Assembly (NCBI GenBank): GCA_011109175.1 | Contig: RDEW01000010.1 | Span: 958,796-1,022,795 of the forward strand | Origin: Dicyema japonicum | Lineage: Eukaryota > Animalia > Dicyemida | Reading direction: 5' to 3' | Length of the DNA: 64,000 nucleotides | Shown: piece by piece, positions 35,840 to 49,040 of the stretch | Layout: each line of letters begins with the position of its first letter | Position numbering within the stretch: position 1 is the first letter of the stretch | Notes under the pieces: generated by a model | Seen by the model: only the letters and a program-made list of their open reading frames with translations | What the model was told of the DNA's origin: nothing | Databases searched by the model: none | Translations under genes and position numbers: made by a program

Positions 35840-38800
35840 GGTCTGTTGTGAGTAATTGCATCATCATGGAGCGTCGATCATACAATGGAGCAACAAACAT
35901 TACACCCAAGAGATTGGACACTACATGCGGTTTTGCCAATGCACGCAAATATGGACTTTTCTGCTCGTCTTGTCGTGACTTTTTCCACCTTGGATGCATA
36001 AAGATGTCTCAGCGGGCTGCGTGCTTGCTCTGCCTGTGGAACTGCAGTGTCTGCATGGGAACTGATTGAAAAACCCAGAGGATCATTCCAAACGAGCACG
36101 TTGAACCAAACGAGCCTCTAGACTTCAATGATATGGACAACCTCTTGCTCTTCTTGTCGGATCTAAGGAAAGCCAGAAGATCCCAATCAGGATCCCAAGA
36201 CCCGTCCGGATCCCCGCGGCTACATGCTGGCCTCTGCAATTGACGATGCTCTCACGTCCGACGACCTGAAGGCCTGGCTAAAACTCCTCAGTTTTGCTCC
36301 GATGGCTCTTGGAATTTCATTTATCGACTCAAAGGAGATCAACAGAATACAGAGGAAAGCACGACACTTGGGAACTCCCTTTCTTCAAAAATGAAGAAGA
36401 TCTAGGTTTTCTATGTGCATTCTCTCACCAAGACGGAAGTCAAGAATTCAAGACATTCTGATTCCAATCCTCCGTTTATTTGAAAAAAACTTAAAGAGAG
36501 AGTGAACCGCAAACTATTCGAAGGCGACGACGTCCGAGCGGCGTTGCGCGTCGTCGCCAGCGACGAAACTGTTATGGCTGCGACACCTGAGGTGCTAGAA
36601 CTACTCAGACATAAACATCCATGTGCTCCGGAAGATTACCGCCCATTCGTGCTTCCGGGAAATTTGTCAAGGATGACCGTCACCGAAGGCGAAGTGCGAC
36701 GCGGCATTTCGTCGTTTGCGGCGAGTAGCAGTCGAGGTATCGATGGCTTGCGGCCGGCTCACATCAAGGATCTTACGGCGGAGGGTACTGCAGAAGCTGG
36801 CTGCAACTTTGTCAAATCAATTACAAAACTGGTTATGCGTATTTTGAAAGGAGATATTTCTCCCACTCAAGGCAGCTTCTTTTCTGTGCACATCTACTGG
36901 CCTTTAAATAACCCGAAGGTGGGGTCCGCCCCATAGCGGTCGGCAACTATTTCAGAAGACTGACAGCGAAAATTGCATGCAGTATTGTCTGTCCGAGAAA
37001 ATCTGAAGAATTTCTCCCCTCCAACTGAGGATTGGTGTAAGAAACGGATGCGAGGCGGCAATGCATGCTGCGAGGTGTTTTTTGGACAGAAACGAACAAA
37101 ACCTACACATTGGGGTCAAGCTGGACATCTGCAATGTCTTCAATTCACTGAGGAGGGATCAAATTTTCGAAACTACAAGCAAACAAGCCCCGGAACTTAT
37201 TCTACTTGTCCACCTCGCTTACGGAACAATTCTTCACTGGTTTTCGGGGACAAGATTATCTGTTCGAAGACTGGAGTCCAACAAGGGACCCACTTGGTCC
37301 ACTTTTCTTCGGCCATCGATGAAATTGTCCGCTCTATAAACACACAACTTAACCTTTGGTATCTCGATGACGCCACAATTGGAGGGCCGTGGAGAAAAGT
37401 ACACGACGTTCTGTCACATGCCGTGCCGGCACTACGAAACGTCGGACTTGAGATAAACATAAAGAAATCGGAGCTAATAAATATCACATACTCGGAGAGT
37501 GATTTCATCAACGTGGTCGAGTCTTTCAACTCGGTATACCTGGAATTACTGTCGTACCCAGGGAGCGGACATACTTTCTTGGGTGCCCACTTGACGAAAA
37601 GGAACTGCGGAGCCATCTACAAACAAAAGAGGATGAACTCTCCAGAGTCACGGAGAAACTTCCTTACTCGATGGTCATACAGCGTTCTTCCTTTTGAAGA
37701 ATAGCATCGGCTTGCCCAAACTCCTATATGCTCTCCGATGTTCTCCCTGCTTCAAACATCGTGACATCCTCCTGTCACTGGATAGGACATTGAGAAAATC
37801 AGCTGAATTGCTTCTAAACATCCACTTTGATGCGCCGAGTTGGAACCAATGCAAGCTTCCTACACGCCTCGGAGGAACGGGTCTCAGGTCGGCGCTGGAG
37901 ATCGCCTATCCAGCATATGTGTCATCGCTCTCAAGTGGAAGCCTTTTGGTCCAAGAAATCCTACGTATTACAACCGGACTCTCTTGGGAAAAAGTCTTCG
38001 ACGAAGCTCGTTGCGAATGGTGTGAAACTGGTTTGGATATGCCGAACGATCCTTCGAGGCAACGTGACTGGGATGATATTTACTCCAAGAATATCTTCGA
38101 CGTGCTAAAGTCTGAGGCCAACCAGCATCGTCTTGCATGCCTCGTGTCCGCCGCCAACCATGGGAGCGGAGCGTGGCTGGATGCACTCCCGTCTTCCTCC
38201 CTGGGGACCCTATTGGACGATGACTGTATTCGGATTGGGATCGCACAACGCCTGGGAGCTGATGTTTGCGTCGAACACCAATGTCGCTGTGGAGGGATCG
38301 TCGATGCCAAAGGGCTGCACCCGCTCTCGTGCAAAAGGAGCGCGGGCAGAGCACCCCGCCATGCTGCTATGAACAACATTGTCTTGCGAGCTCTTGAAGC
38401 GGCAGGCTTCCCGGCAGTACTGGAGCCTGTGGGATTGGACCGCGGAGATGGGAAAAGACCGGATGGGTTAACTATCTTTCCGTTCACTGAGGGAAAATCG
38501 CTCGTATGGGACTGCACTGTTGTGGATTCTTTCTCGAACTCGATGATGCTCAGCTCGGCGCAGTCTGCTGGATCGGCAGCCGATCTGGCCGAGAAAATCA
38601 AGATTAAAAAATATGGCGAAATTGGAGACCGCTACCGTTTTGTACCGGTAGCAATCGAGACGTCTGGTGCGGCTGGAAATATTACAGCCTCTTTCCTAAA
38701 GGAAATCGGGGGAAAATTGGCCCACCGCAAGAAAGACGTGCGGGAAGCGGTCTGGCTGAGGCAAATAACTGGTATCGCAGTTGTCGCGGAAACGCTTACT

Positions 38801-38877
38801 CCGTGATGTCAGCAGCCGCTCTCCCCCATAGTTAATAAATAATATTCTATTGTTAATAAATTTTTTGAAATAAAAAA
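35840..38877 (+). mobile_element. Full-length CRE-clade non-LTR retrotransposon (PHD-like finger, RT, CCHC, REL), 3038 bp, frameshifted
   Basis: TSD AAATCTCCTAAGT at 35827-35839 and 38878-38890 (its first As overlap the poly(A)); ATG 35866; GIDGLRPAH, RPIAVG, KLDI.N.FN, GVQQG, WYLDDATIGG, CRC..H..SC, KRPDG, LVWDCT, KIKKY, FVPVAIETSG; poly(A) tail. Confidence 0.95.
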
Positions 38878-39074
38878 AAATCTCCTAAGTACTTTAACAC
38901 ATGCACAACAAATCCGGGCTGAAGAATCCTGTTAACCATAGTAGAACTGTGCAACTTATTATCTGTTTAGTAATAGTATCAGAAATGATCGAAGTTAACT
39001 AATTTGCTAAAATCGTTGATTTCTAGAAAAATACAAAAGAGAAAACATAGAATCCAAACAAAGAAAATTATGAA

Positions 39075-39335
39075 CTAAAAAAGTGTTGTAAATGAAGACG
39101 ACTCTGTGAATGATAGTAACAAAATCAACAATTCATTAGAAATTATGGACATTACTCCAACTCGTTGTCTTTCAAGTAACTCCACAGGAATATTTTGGAT
39201 AAAGAATTTACTACATAATCTTGTCGAATAGATAAACAAATATTTTGAAAACTGCGACGCCATCATGCTGAATTTACCGATGAAGCCGAGTCTTCTATTA
39301 TTACCACATATAAAAATAACCGACAAGCAAGACAT
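39075..39335 (-). pseudogene. Possible MFS/SLC22-like transporter C-terminal fragment
   Basis: Hydrophobic ORF LGFIGKF...FIYST...R..GVMS loosely matches the GK..IYTxE.FP..R..G motif. Confidence 0.25.
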
Positions 39336-39552
39336 ATCTGAAAGTTTTTGAAGTTAACAATCTTTTCGTTTGTTTTTTGCTATAATTTATTATATGACCG
39401 ATCATGAAGTCTGGGTGGCCCCAGTATATTAAGACCTATATCCATCATATTGATGAGTAACGGAGGTATGATCCGTTCGACTTAGTAAAAGGCGTAGAGT
39501 TTTATCACGTAAAAGCTGATTTGTCCAACCAATCAATCTTCTACTGAGTAGG

Positions 39553-42500
39553 GACTTGATGTTGCACGGACAATAATATTGATCTCGACTTCTGATGATC
39601 AAACCTGTTTCACTTGTATATTTACTTTGTCTTTATTTTTCAATTGGCTTTGAGACGTTTTTTTGTAAGAGTGATTTCTAGAGAATCATTGCAGGTCTTA
39701 CATATTGGATTGTCCATTGGAGAGAGTGGCTTAACACCAGCGCGAAGACAACCTGAGGATCATCCGGTGAATGGGAGCTCAGTGGGGGGAATAGTGGGTC
39801 CTTGTTCCGTTATGTAAGAAACGTCCACTCTCCGCCACCATCTGAGCGCTTGAAGACGCCAGCCTTTACTTATTAGTGAGGTTGAGGGTAATTAACAAAC
39901 TTGCAACTTAGAGAATCGCGTGAATGCATTACTGCCATAACTTGCAAAGTCGATAACTCCGAAATCAGTAGATGACTTTAAGAAACTGATGTCACCTGAC
40001 GTTGTTTGATTAACTCTGACGTAATTTTGATCCAAATATTAATACACTCTACTAGTATTCCAAGATCTGGTGATCGTTGATTCTTCCTAAAGTGGATCTG
40101 CTCTCTTGTCACTTAACCTCGAATTTTAATATAAAAAATCAAATTTGGTTCTCTTATAACTGAACCGATGCCCATTCCGGCTCCTCACAGTTGAAATTCT
40201 TGGTTTGACGAGTTATGTCAAAATTAGTGATGCCTTAATGCAGAATCGGATTATCTACAAGGACTTACAAACCACAAGACAGTAATCCCTAAAGAAACTA
40301 AAATTGGTGTAAAAAGCTGACAGTGACCAAGATACACGAAGACCAAAAATATTACAGTAACTTCGTTAACATTGAACAACGTTTCAGAGATTACGTGATC
40401 AATTTTGTTAATTCACTATACGAAGACAAACAGGAAAGAAAGTACTAATGAGATGATCCTGGAATTAATAAGCCATATAACTTTTCCGTGTGTTTTTCGA
40501 GTAACTCCACTGCTTCTTAGAAATGACCACGCTTTTTTTCGAGAAAGTCTATAGAATTTTCTGGTCATTAAGTAGAGAACGGCCAAGTCAACTCGTTGGT
40601 CCATCATCAATGATTCTTTTTGTCATTTCGAATGTGTCGACACCTTGGAGGCGAACCACGTGAAATTCTTTCTTGATAGTGGCCAGGAAAATTATAAATT
40701 CTTCACAGAAAACAAGGGATCTGGAATTTTTATTTAAATTTATATTTTCTAATAATTATTATTTAAATTTTTAAATATCAAACTTAAATCATTCTTTTTT
40801 GTGGGAGTGATGTTTGTTATGTGACAAATCAATTCCTGACTGAGTAGAGATAGTTGAACTGGAAAAGGAAGAATTTGAAGTCAGTCTCTCAGTCATTTAC
40901 TCAGGCAGTCCGCCAGAACAAACAAGTCTTAATAAGCTGCTGAAACAACAAGAAACTGTTAGCCAGAGTGAAGGATTTGTTACAGGTTTTCTACTCTTGG
41001 GTCATTCAGGCACTATAATATGACAGATGATATATTAATTAGGAGTAATTTGTATTATAATGATATAGCTTAAATGTGAGATGATTTTCCATTCACTAAT
41101 TGTATTTTTGATGGCGCATGTAATCTGGTTTATCGAAAAAAGACAAAATCAATTTTTATATTAGCGAAAAGAATGTCATTAATCTGAATGAATATCATTG
41201 GCTTAGAATACGTTTTACACATATAGGTTTAATATAGGAAAATATTAAGTAAATGAGTAAATAGAAGATAAGGCGCCTGGCTTCTATCCAGTTGATTGTG
41301 GGTCCGAATAAGGCAAATATAGTTAATAAATTCAATTGTACTTAAATTAATCGTGACATTTTTTATAAAGCCTATTAAGATTTGACCACTACTAATAAGC
41401 CTGTTTGTTATACTCTTGCGTCTGTCTTTATTGAACTTTAAATCTTTCCATACCGAATTTTGGTGACCTGAGTTTTTTGCAGTTAACTAGCACTGTCAAT
41501 ATGGTAGCTCCAACTGATGTACTTACTGCATGTTGAAAAATAAATTGTATAGAGAATTTTTATTACCCATCAAACTCAAAAAACTAATCAAAGATAGGAG
41601 AATACAAATCGACAATAAACCAGTTTTGGGTTAATCACGGCTAAAAATCATGAATCACCGTAGTCTCTTCTTAACACATGAACTAAGACGATTTTTGTCA
41701 ATAAAGTCAAAAATTCATATGTTCTTTGTAATTGATTAAAACTTATAAAAATGTAGTTTTTAGTCAAAAATATTACATTAATCAAAAGTTATGAAGTCAA
41801 AAAAGTCAAAACTTTGGGTAATGTCAAAAAAGGTCAAAATTTAATTTTTAAGATCAATAAAGTCAAAGTTTTTATTGATTTTTTTAATTGTTTCATTTTT
41901 AGAGTTTTTAAACAAAATACTAGCGTGGGATCAATTATCATCATTTACCTTTTTGCAGCGTTCAATCAAGAATGAGATTGAAAAGATTCGTCTGTTGTTA
42001 AAAAACATCCTGATGGAAATCTTTTTTGGATTAAATTTGGGACATTTGTAGCTGCAAAAAAACAATTTTTATAGATTTATATAGATCTTCTAAGAAGCAT
42101 ATCAAATTAGCATTCTTATTATTTTTATTACTATTTTATAAATGTCAATATTATAAGACCCATTGATTTTCTAGTCCCATCTGCCGACATAGGTCGATAA
42201 TTCACTAAGATTTTGTCGAATCCGATTTTCCCTTGCATAAGTTAACAGTAAAAGCTAACGAGACTTGTTTGAGAGTATTGGACATAATCTTCCTTCTACT
42301 TACGCTTGTTGAAAAAATGTAGAACATTTATGCCACAAGCAGCTTGACAGAATTGAGCTATTTTTGAGGTTTTATTTTCATTTATTATAAATCTGAAAAA
42401 AATTTGTTTTGATTTACGAAACAGATTTCCGGGGACAGAAATATGTCAATACACTTATTGGAAGAATTTCTGATCTCAGGAAAATATTTTTAATATCTTG

Positions 42501-43748
42501 TCGTCATTGTCTTCTTCGGATAACTTTTCGGTTATCGTTCAGATAATTGACGATTTTCTAAGGGATTTTGCGATAGATTGTGAAGAAGCTCTTGAACACA
42601 TTCAGAAATTGCATTTCGGGGACGATGAGTCCTTTTGGCACGACACAGTTATTGAAAATGATCTCCTACCTTCCCCTTCCCGGGTCTTCAGAAGAAAACT
42701 ATTGATCCGTTCCACTACTACGCTCCTTACTGACTTGCTCAGCATTTCCTGTTCTTTTTCTATGCTGCTCCACCTTTTTGCAAAGGCACAGTGGCATCTC
42801 CATTATGACTCTATACAGCACATGACATAGATCTTCCCTTTCGCGAGCCACTATTGTATGTTGATAGATATTTTTAAGTTTTCTACTCGATCCTATGTTT
42901 GTCAGCAGCTTCCTATTGTATTCATAACTGGTCTAAGTTTTTCGATTGAGGTTTTATTGTAGGATTTCTGAATAGGATCAAAATTCCTCGTCCAAACGAA
43001 AGTGTTCTCTGATATCGCCTTTTAGAAATAAATGAGATAATCACATAGCCATCCAATGTAAATAGCATCTTAAAATGGTTTGCTCTCTGCTAGCAATGAG
43101 TCCCCATTTTTATCATCAAAAGTTATTGGAGGTCATTACAAACGACCATAAAGTAAACGTACAACTTCGTGAAACTGTCTGTTGTCCTTCACGCTCTCTA
43201 TGTGTTTGATCTGATCTATTGCCCTCCTCTTAGACTCCCGGTTAACGACCTTGGTTTTCCATGTACGATTAGTTTGAATCATAACATTTATGATAATTGT
43301 TTTTTACTAATATGTAGCCTGGGAGGAGCAATAGCTATATATTTCTGCTAAAGTGCAGTATTTTTTATGAAGTCTATTTGGTTTTATTTTTCAGTAACTT
43401 GACTGTAGCGCTCGTGGCCTTACCCGTAGTTCTATGCCTAGCTGAGTGCATGAAATCTGTGATCTAATTTATAATTTGTTCGCTCGTAAAAGATGGAGTA
43501 AAGTTCCTGGAAAGTTTCTTTCCCCCTGCCATGTCTTCACATAAACGTTTCCTCTACACAGATGCGAATGTACACTGGCATTCAGATCACCAGCAATGAA
43601 AATCAACGAAGAATGTTATGTTCACAATATACCGCTGAGTGAGTGTAGAAATCGTCAATTTTTTGAATTCAAGTCAATCCACCACTGTTGGGTGCATGGG
43701 GACAATAGTTATTCACTTTGAGTAGTAGACAAAAATCATGTCGTTAAT
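39553..43748 (+). repeat. Segmental duplication, copy 2 (4.2 kb)
   Basis: Collinear with 16869-20577 plus 498 bp at 40653-41150. Confidence 0.95.
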
Positions 43749-43759
43749 GTCGAGTATCG

Positions 43760-44050
43760 GAATATAGCTGATGACAAATTATTCCTAAGCAACCAAGTCA
43801 TAGTGGTTTCCTCATAGGTAGAAATTAGGTGATTGCTTCAAATCCAGTAGTCAGTATACTTTCCTAAAGGTTTCTGATATCCACATGTATTTCACTAGGC
43901 CTCAGTACAAGGTTATTCTTTTCTAGACTTTGGATAGCCTAATGCGTGCTTGTGTGGGGTCGAAGGAGGAGCATCGGGCCAAGATGAGGACCCTGCTAGA
44001 GCGTGCTGGGATCACGTGATAGTTAGTTTGTGTAACCGTGTTTTCTGGTG
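43760..44050 (+). mobile_element. Ingi/I-group-like LINE 3' end
   Basis: LSTRLF..CVLC-like knuckle remnant; ORF ends TLLERAGIT*; its tail abuts the RTE tail. Confidence 0.5.
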
Positions 44051-45540
44051 TTATTATTATTATGAGCAACATTCGTAAAATCATAATAGTTATAATTTCA
44101 CTCGTGCATCATTCAAAACAATCCCACGAACCAACTTCTTCCAACCTCCTCAATCGTAAGAAAGTTTCCTCAACTCGTCCAGGTTGTCCCCACTTTCTTA
44201 GACGTTTGTTCACGAGCTTTAGATCTCCGTCAAGTGTTTCAGGTAGTGTAATACGCCGGCGTCCACGAAAACACGGTCCCTGTCTCATGAAGTAGTCCTC
44301 CATTTGCTGGAGCACCCTATTCCATACGCAAAATATGTCCAAATAGTCTCCAGCGCATATCAGCAATTTCGAGACCCAGTGGACCCGTGCAACATTCTTG
44401 CACAGCGATTCCTTTTTTATTCTTGCTGGCCAGTTTAGTCCTAGTAGGGATCTAAGTTGTCTTCGATGGAAAGAGTCTAGTCGAAGTTGTTCAGTTTTGG
44501 CTTCATACAGTCTCAGACGAAGTGATGTGCAGGATCGTCGTTTGCCAATCCACTCTTATCTTCAACTTGGTCATCGTTACCCAAGCGAGGGCCTTCCTTC
44601 TGGCAATATCTTGACTGTCTCCAAGTAAAGAGCCAAATTTTTTTTTTCGCCATATTTCACTTGACCTGCTTTCCACAATGTCAGTTATTGCGGTGTTCAT
44701 TCCAAGGAACCACTGGTTCAGCTCAGCAGATGCTACCTCAAGGAATCGAAGTAGGGTCAATTTGTTCTGACAAAAGTCGACGTCGTCCGCAATTTTGACG
44801 ATCTTGCCATCATAGAACTTCGAAGATCTCGTAGTGCCGCCTCCAGATATATGACAAATAGCAGGGCGAGAGGGAATCTCCCCTGTGAGTACCAAAATTG
44901 CACGTAAATTCACGGGATCACGTCTTACCGACCCGCACTCTGAGCTTCGTGTTAGATAGCAACACTCTGATCATACTGACATAATCAGGGTCCATGAATT
45001 GTTCCAGCATCCTGAGAAGTAGCCTAGAGAGTCTATTCCCAGGACTGTTGAAATCTCTAGTGCAGCGCCACTTGTGGCTCTAAACTACATCCGCAGTGGA
45101 TCTTCCTGTCCTGAATCCACTATGACTAGGGGATAGATCGTTGTCCACTTGTTCTCTGATTCGGTTCAGCGTAACTAATGGCAGAAGTTTCCGTATGTGT
45201 TTAGCAGGATTATTGGACGTAGGTTTTCAACAGGCCCAGCATGCTTGTAAGGTTTTTTATTGGTATTAATAGTCCGAATCCAAGAGCGGGTTTTTTTAAA
45301 CATAGAGTTGAGTAGTTCTGCCAGTCTGTCTGTTTGTGCAGGTGGCCCGTATTTGAGAAGTTCTGAATTGATTCCATCCGGTCCAGGGGAGCGACCATTC
45401 TTACGTTTGACCATTGCATTTGAGAATTCGCCAGTTGTGATAGCTTTATCGAGTTGGGTGGCGTATCCACAAGTATCATCAGATATTTCTCCGTGGACAG
45501 TTAATATATCCTCGAAGTACGACGCAATACATTCAGCTTG
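44051..45540 (-). mobile_element. RTE-like LINE RT and 3' end
   Basis: KNGRSPGPDGINSELLK, NLRPIILLNT, ADDVDFC, WRKKKFGSLLG, FHRRQLR, FRGRRRITL; (TAA)n tail 44051-44063. Confidence 0.85.
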
Positions 45541-45680
45541 ATCTTATATTATTATTATAGCCCAATGAGAATGAACACACAGTTTTTAAAATAAAATTCA
45601 AATTCAAAATTAATTGTTTTATTAAATTTTTTAAATTTATAATTCACATTTAATCCTAGTTTGCGCGTCTTGAATTTTCT

Positions 45681-46260
45681 ATGAACGATTATGATAAAAA
45701 TGCAGAGGAAGAGAAGAAGGAAATGAACGAGAAGATCAAAGATTTAAACAACGAGTACATCATGTAAGACGTGTGACTTACGTTAGGCACTTGACTGATC
45801 TTCAAAATTTGACAACTATATATACTAACAAACTGAACCGTGTCAGGAAATTGAGTCACAGAATTTGTTCAGGAGGCTTGAAAATTTAAAAGTAGACTTA
45901 CGGCATTATTGAGAGAATAACTGAAAGATACATTTTAGCACTTGTAGACCATTTGGTTGTATTTAGTGTCATTTCATCGCTGATTATGAGGAGGAATATT
46001 ACATTGAAGGAATGTGCTCCTGCTTTGATACTTTGGGGGTATTGCTTAGTCATTTTTCGACATTTTCATGTGCTCTCTTGAGTGAGTTTGAACCACCTTG
46101 AATCCGTTTATTATTCAACTGTTGGATGATATGAAGATTTGTAAGATTACTAAAAGTAATGTTGGGGGTCAGCCTGATTATATTTTACACTTTTTATTGT
46201 GACTTATTTTTGTAATACCTTATATGTCGGCTGAGACTACAAAATGAGTGTTTTTTAAGA
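45681..46260 (+). pseudogene. Coiled-coil plus hydrophobic gene fragment (weakly TMEM120-like) with a 23-nt intron
   Basis: ATG 45681 follows an AT island; intron GTAAGA..TTAG 45764-45786 joins NEYIM to HLTDLQNL in frame; downstream frames are broken. Confidence 0.4.
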
Positions 46261-46299
46261 CTTCCTAAATTTTAGCCCTGAACCTATGCTCTTAATGAC

Positions 46300-46680
46300 A
46301 CTCCTCTAACTATTACACGACTGAGTGTCTACAAATGCGATCCTAAGATTTGGAGTTAACAAGTTTCTTGGTCTCCCTCCACTGGACATCGTGTCAGTGA
46401 ATCCTCCTCTCCTTGTGATATTCGGATAAACCTGGCGCGCCTCCGGTGCTTTTACCACGTGAGTTTCAACTCCTTCCCGTACAAGACCGGGCAAGCAAGT
46501 CGCTACTCTGCCCTTCATGTACACTTGATGACCACGGATCATATCACTATCCTCGTGTCCTGGTCAACCTTCTGTGTCTTCCTACGGGATCAACCTTTTG
46601 TATCTCTAGAAACGTCCGTCATTGGTAGTTACGCTTTTGTTAGCCACAGGTTTCCTTCACTTGAATGCAGCGAGGGGTGA
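46300..46680 (-). mobile_element. Possible LINE ORF1/ORF2 junction
   Basis: NLRIAFVDTQSC resembles an APE start (LRIATxNxxS). Confidence 0.3.
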
Positions 46681-47500
46681 ATAAAAATAATAAATTTAAA
46701 ATTTGCCTGTTGCGGTGTTTTAAAAACCGAAGGCTTGAATTCTGCTTAGAATGTACTGCTTTCTGCACAGCTCGTTTCATTAACAACGCTTTTGTGTCAT
46801 CTGGAGATTAACAGTGGATGATGCTTTTTTATTTGCCTTATATGTTCTCGGCTTGAGAAGGCACAATGGTCAGATCGGTCATAAAAATCAATCTCGTCCA
46901 TAATCAAGCTCGAACTGCTAATTTCCTTGACATGGTTGTAACTTCGGATTTACTTTGTTCTCGCTTAGTCGGACGCCGACACTGAACTTAGGTATCAAGG
47001 AACGGATAGGCTTAAAACTTTTGGAGTGTACACGAGGGCTGCCCTTCGACTTTTTTGCTGCTACTGTTGCTGCCCTCCTTGGAAATTTTCCATCTTTGTG
47101 GGTGGAACGCCTGGGTGCACCAGAGGACCTCTGACCTATTGTGCCATTACCAGAAACTGAATTTCGTGTAACGGAGACTTAAGTCATTTGTTTCATTTAT
47201 AGTTTTAACTGTAGCAGCGGTATTAGTGGAATCATCCTTGTCACACTAAGGATCTTACTCGGGTGCTAAGTCCGAGGACGCAAAAAACTTGTTATGCGCA
47301 ATCCATCATTGTTTTGTTTGGCGTGAACATTCAAGTTCCGATCGCTGTCGGGAATTACTTCCATCAACTAAGCTAGAAAATTTCCGCAAGACGTATGCAC
47401 ATGAGAGTCACAGTTGTCACCCGTTTAGGTCAGTTTAGGTATAGTTCTTGTGATGTTCATGCAGTCAGATGATATTTCACCTCTGAATACACCACCTGGG

Positions 47501-48773
47501 CAGGGGTCGGCAACCGTGGCTCTTTGAGTTTTTTTATCTGAATCTTTCAATTATTGCAAAGCTTACTTACATCTCCAATAAAACATTTTCAAATAGTGAT
47601 CTTTTTCAAAATGTTTTTATGCATATTTTAGACTATAAATATTTAGATGCTATTTTATTAAATTGTTATTTTTATTTAAATTATTACATATTTTATCATA
47701 TTTTAATTTTAAAAATCTTCGCTTAATCATAAATTCTGTTTGTGGCTCTTCAACTATGTGCATGTCTACAAATTTAAACTCAATGAACCAAAAAACACCG
47801 TCATAGCCAGAATGAAAAAATTCAGGTGATCACGGCCTCCCTCAGCAGTCTTCGTATGTTCGAACTTGAAGGAAATGCCGTCTAGGGGGAACTCCTCTGG
47901 ATGGTTGTTGACTAATGGTTCTTTTTGCATATAATTTAGGATTATATCTGGCGCCACCAGAGATGGTGAACCACATGATGCACGCTAACAATTAAAGCTA
48001 CCTGGAGCCAAAGGTGAAGAGGAGGAACAGAAAATCAAACAAATAATCAATTCATGTATCTACATAGAACCACATTAACTTTGGCGTCGCATGGCAAAAA
48101 ATATGAAAATAAGTATTTTTTCCAATTTCAATGGACTTAGAGTTTTGCTATCATATCAGATCACCTTCCAAAATGTCTCCTTTGCCACGAAACTTTACCA
48201 GAACAAAAAGTCAAATCTAGAGAGACACTAATTCAAAGCATGTGATTTTTCAAGAAAATATCCAATTGGCGATGCATGAAGACTAGCTGCGAAGAACTCC
48301 AAAAAATATTAAAATTGAAAGTTCAACATTTAATCATTGGAAGCATTCTGCCAGTAGAGAAGAACTTTTGGCATTATTTCAGCAAAAGGGTCAAACCTGT
48401 GCAGAGGACATTGCCGGTGGTATACTTGAATCCATGGAAACCAGATACATATCATGAATTGAAAAAGTTATATTCCAGATTCATATTAAATCATCCTCAC
48501 GATATTTGGGTTTATTTATTTGTGAGAGTAAGCGTTTTCACATATGAATTTGATCAAATCAAAATTAAGGAGTCAAATTACTGATTCAAATTTAGAATCT
48601 TGTCTTAAGTTAAAAATACAAATTACGACTCAGAGATAACACTTTTGGCGAAGGAAATGCAGGGTCAATTAAACATTTTTTGTTATGTTTTATTATTTAA
48701 AAAATGCCTCTTTAATTTTTTTAATTAACAAAAAAAAAAATTGGCTCTTGTTATAAAAGGTTTCCGACCCCTG
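47501..48773 (+). mobile_element. Deleted hAT transposon (SPIN/GTF2IRD2-like) with TIRs
   Basis: TIRs CAGGGGTCGGCAACC and GGTTTCCGACCCCTG; C-terminal dimerization region ILTIFG..LCE..FSHMNLIKSKLRSQITDSNLESCLKL; TSD imperfect (CACCTGGG/ACATAGGG). Confidence 0.85.
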
Positions 48774-48789
48774 ACATAGGGTACGGTTG

Positions 48790-49040
48790 ATGTCAAATTG
48801 GACATCTCAAACGAGTTCAACAATACTAGAGTCGACTGTATTTTGAAAGCATGCGGACGCCCTGCTCCAAAGATTTGGAATCTCGTATTCATGGCATAGG
48901 AAAGGATACGTTCTCTGTGTTCGGAACTCTCTTCTTCGCTTTGAAATTGACGACGTATGCAATGACAACTCTTTTCAATTTTTGGTACCTGGACAATGCT
49001 ACGATCAGTGGTAAAATTGGAGATTCTCCATCCATATAGG
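48790..49040 (+). mobile_element. CRE RT fragment
   Basis: VKLDISNEFN and WYLDNATISG. Confidence 0.65.

Noticed and set aside
35827-35866. Spliced-leader RNA or HDV-like ribozyme at the CRE 5' end or target
   Set aside because: The 5' UTR is only 26 nt, flanks of the CRE copies are unrelated, and no SL or Sm-site structure was seen
37197-38601. Overlapping and antisense ORFs within CRE copies (also 3753-4483)
   Set aside because: Alternative-frame shadows of GC-richer TE coding sequence
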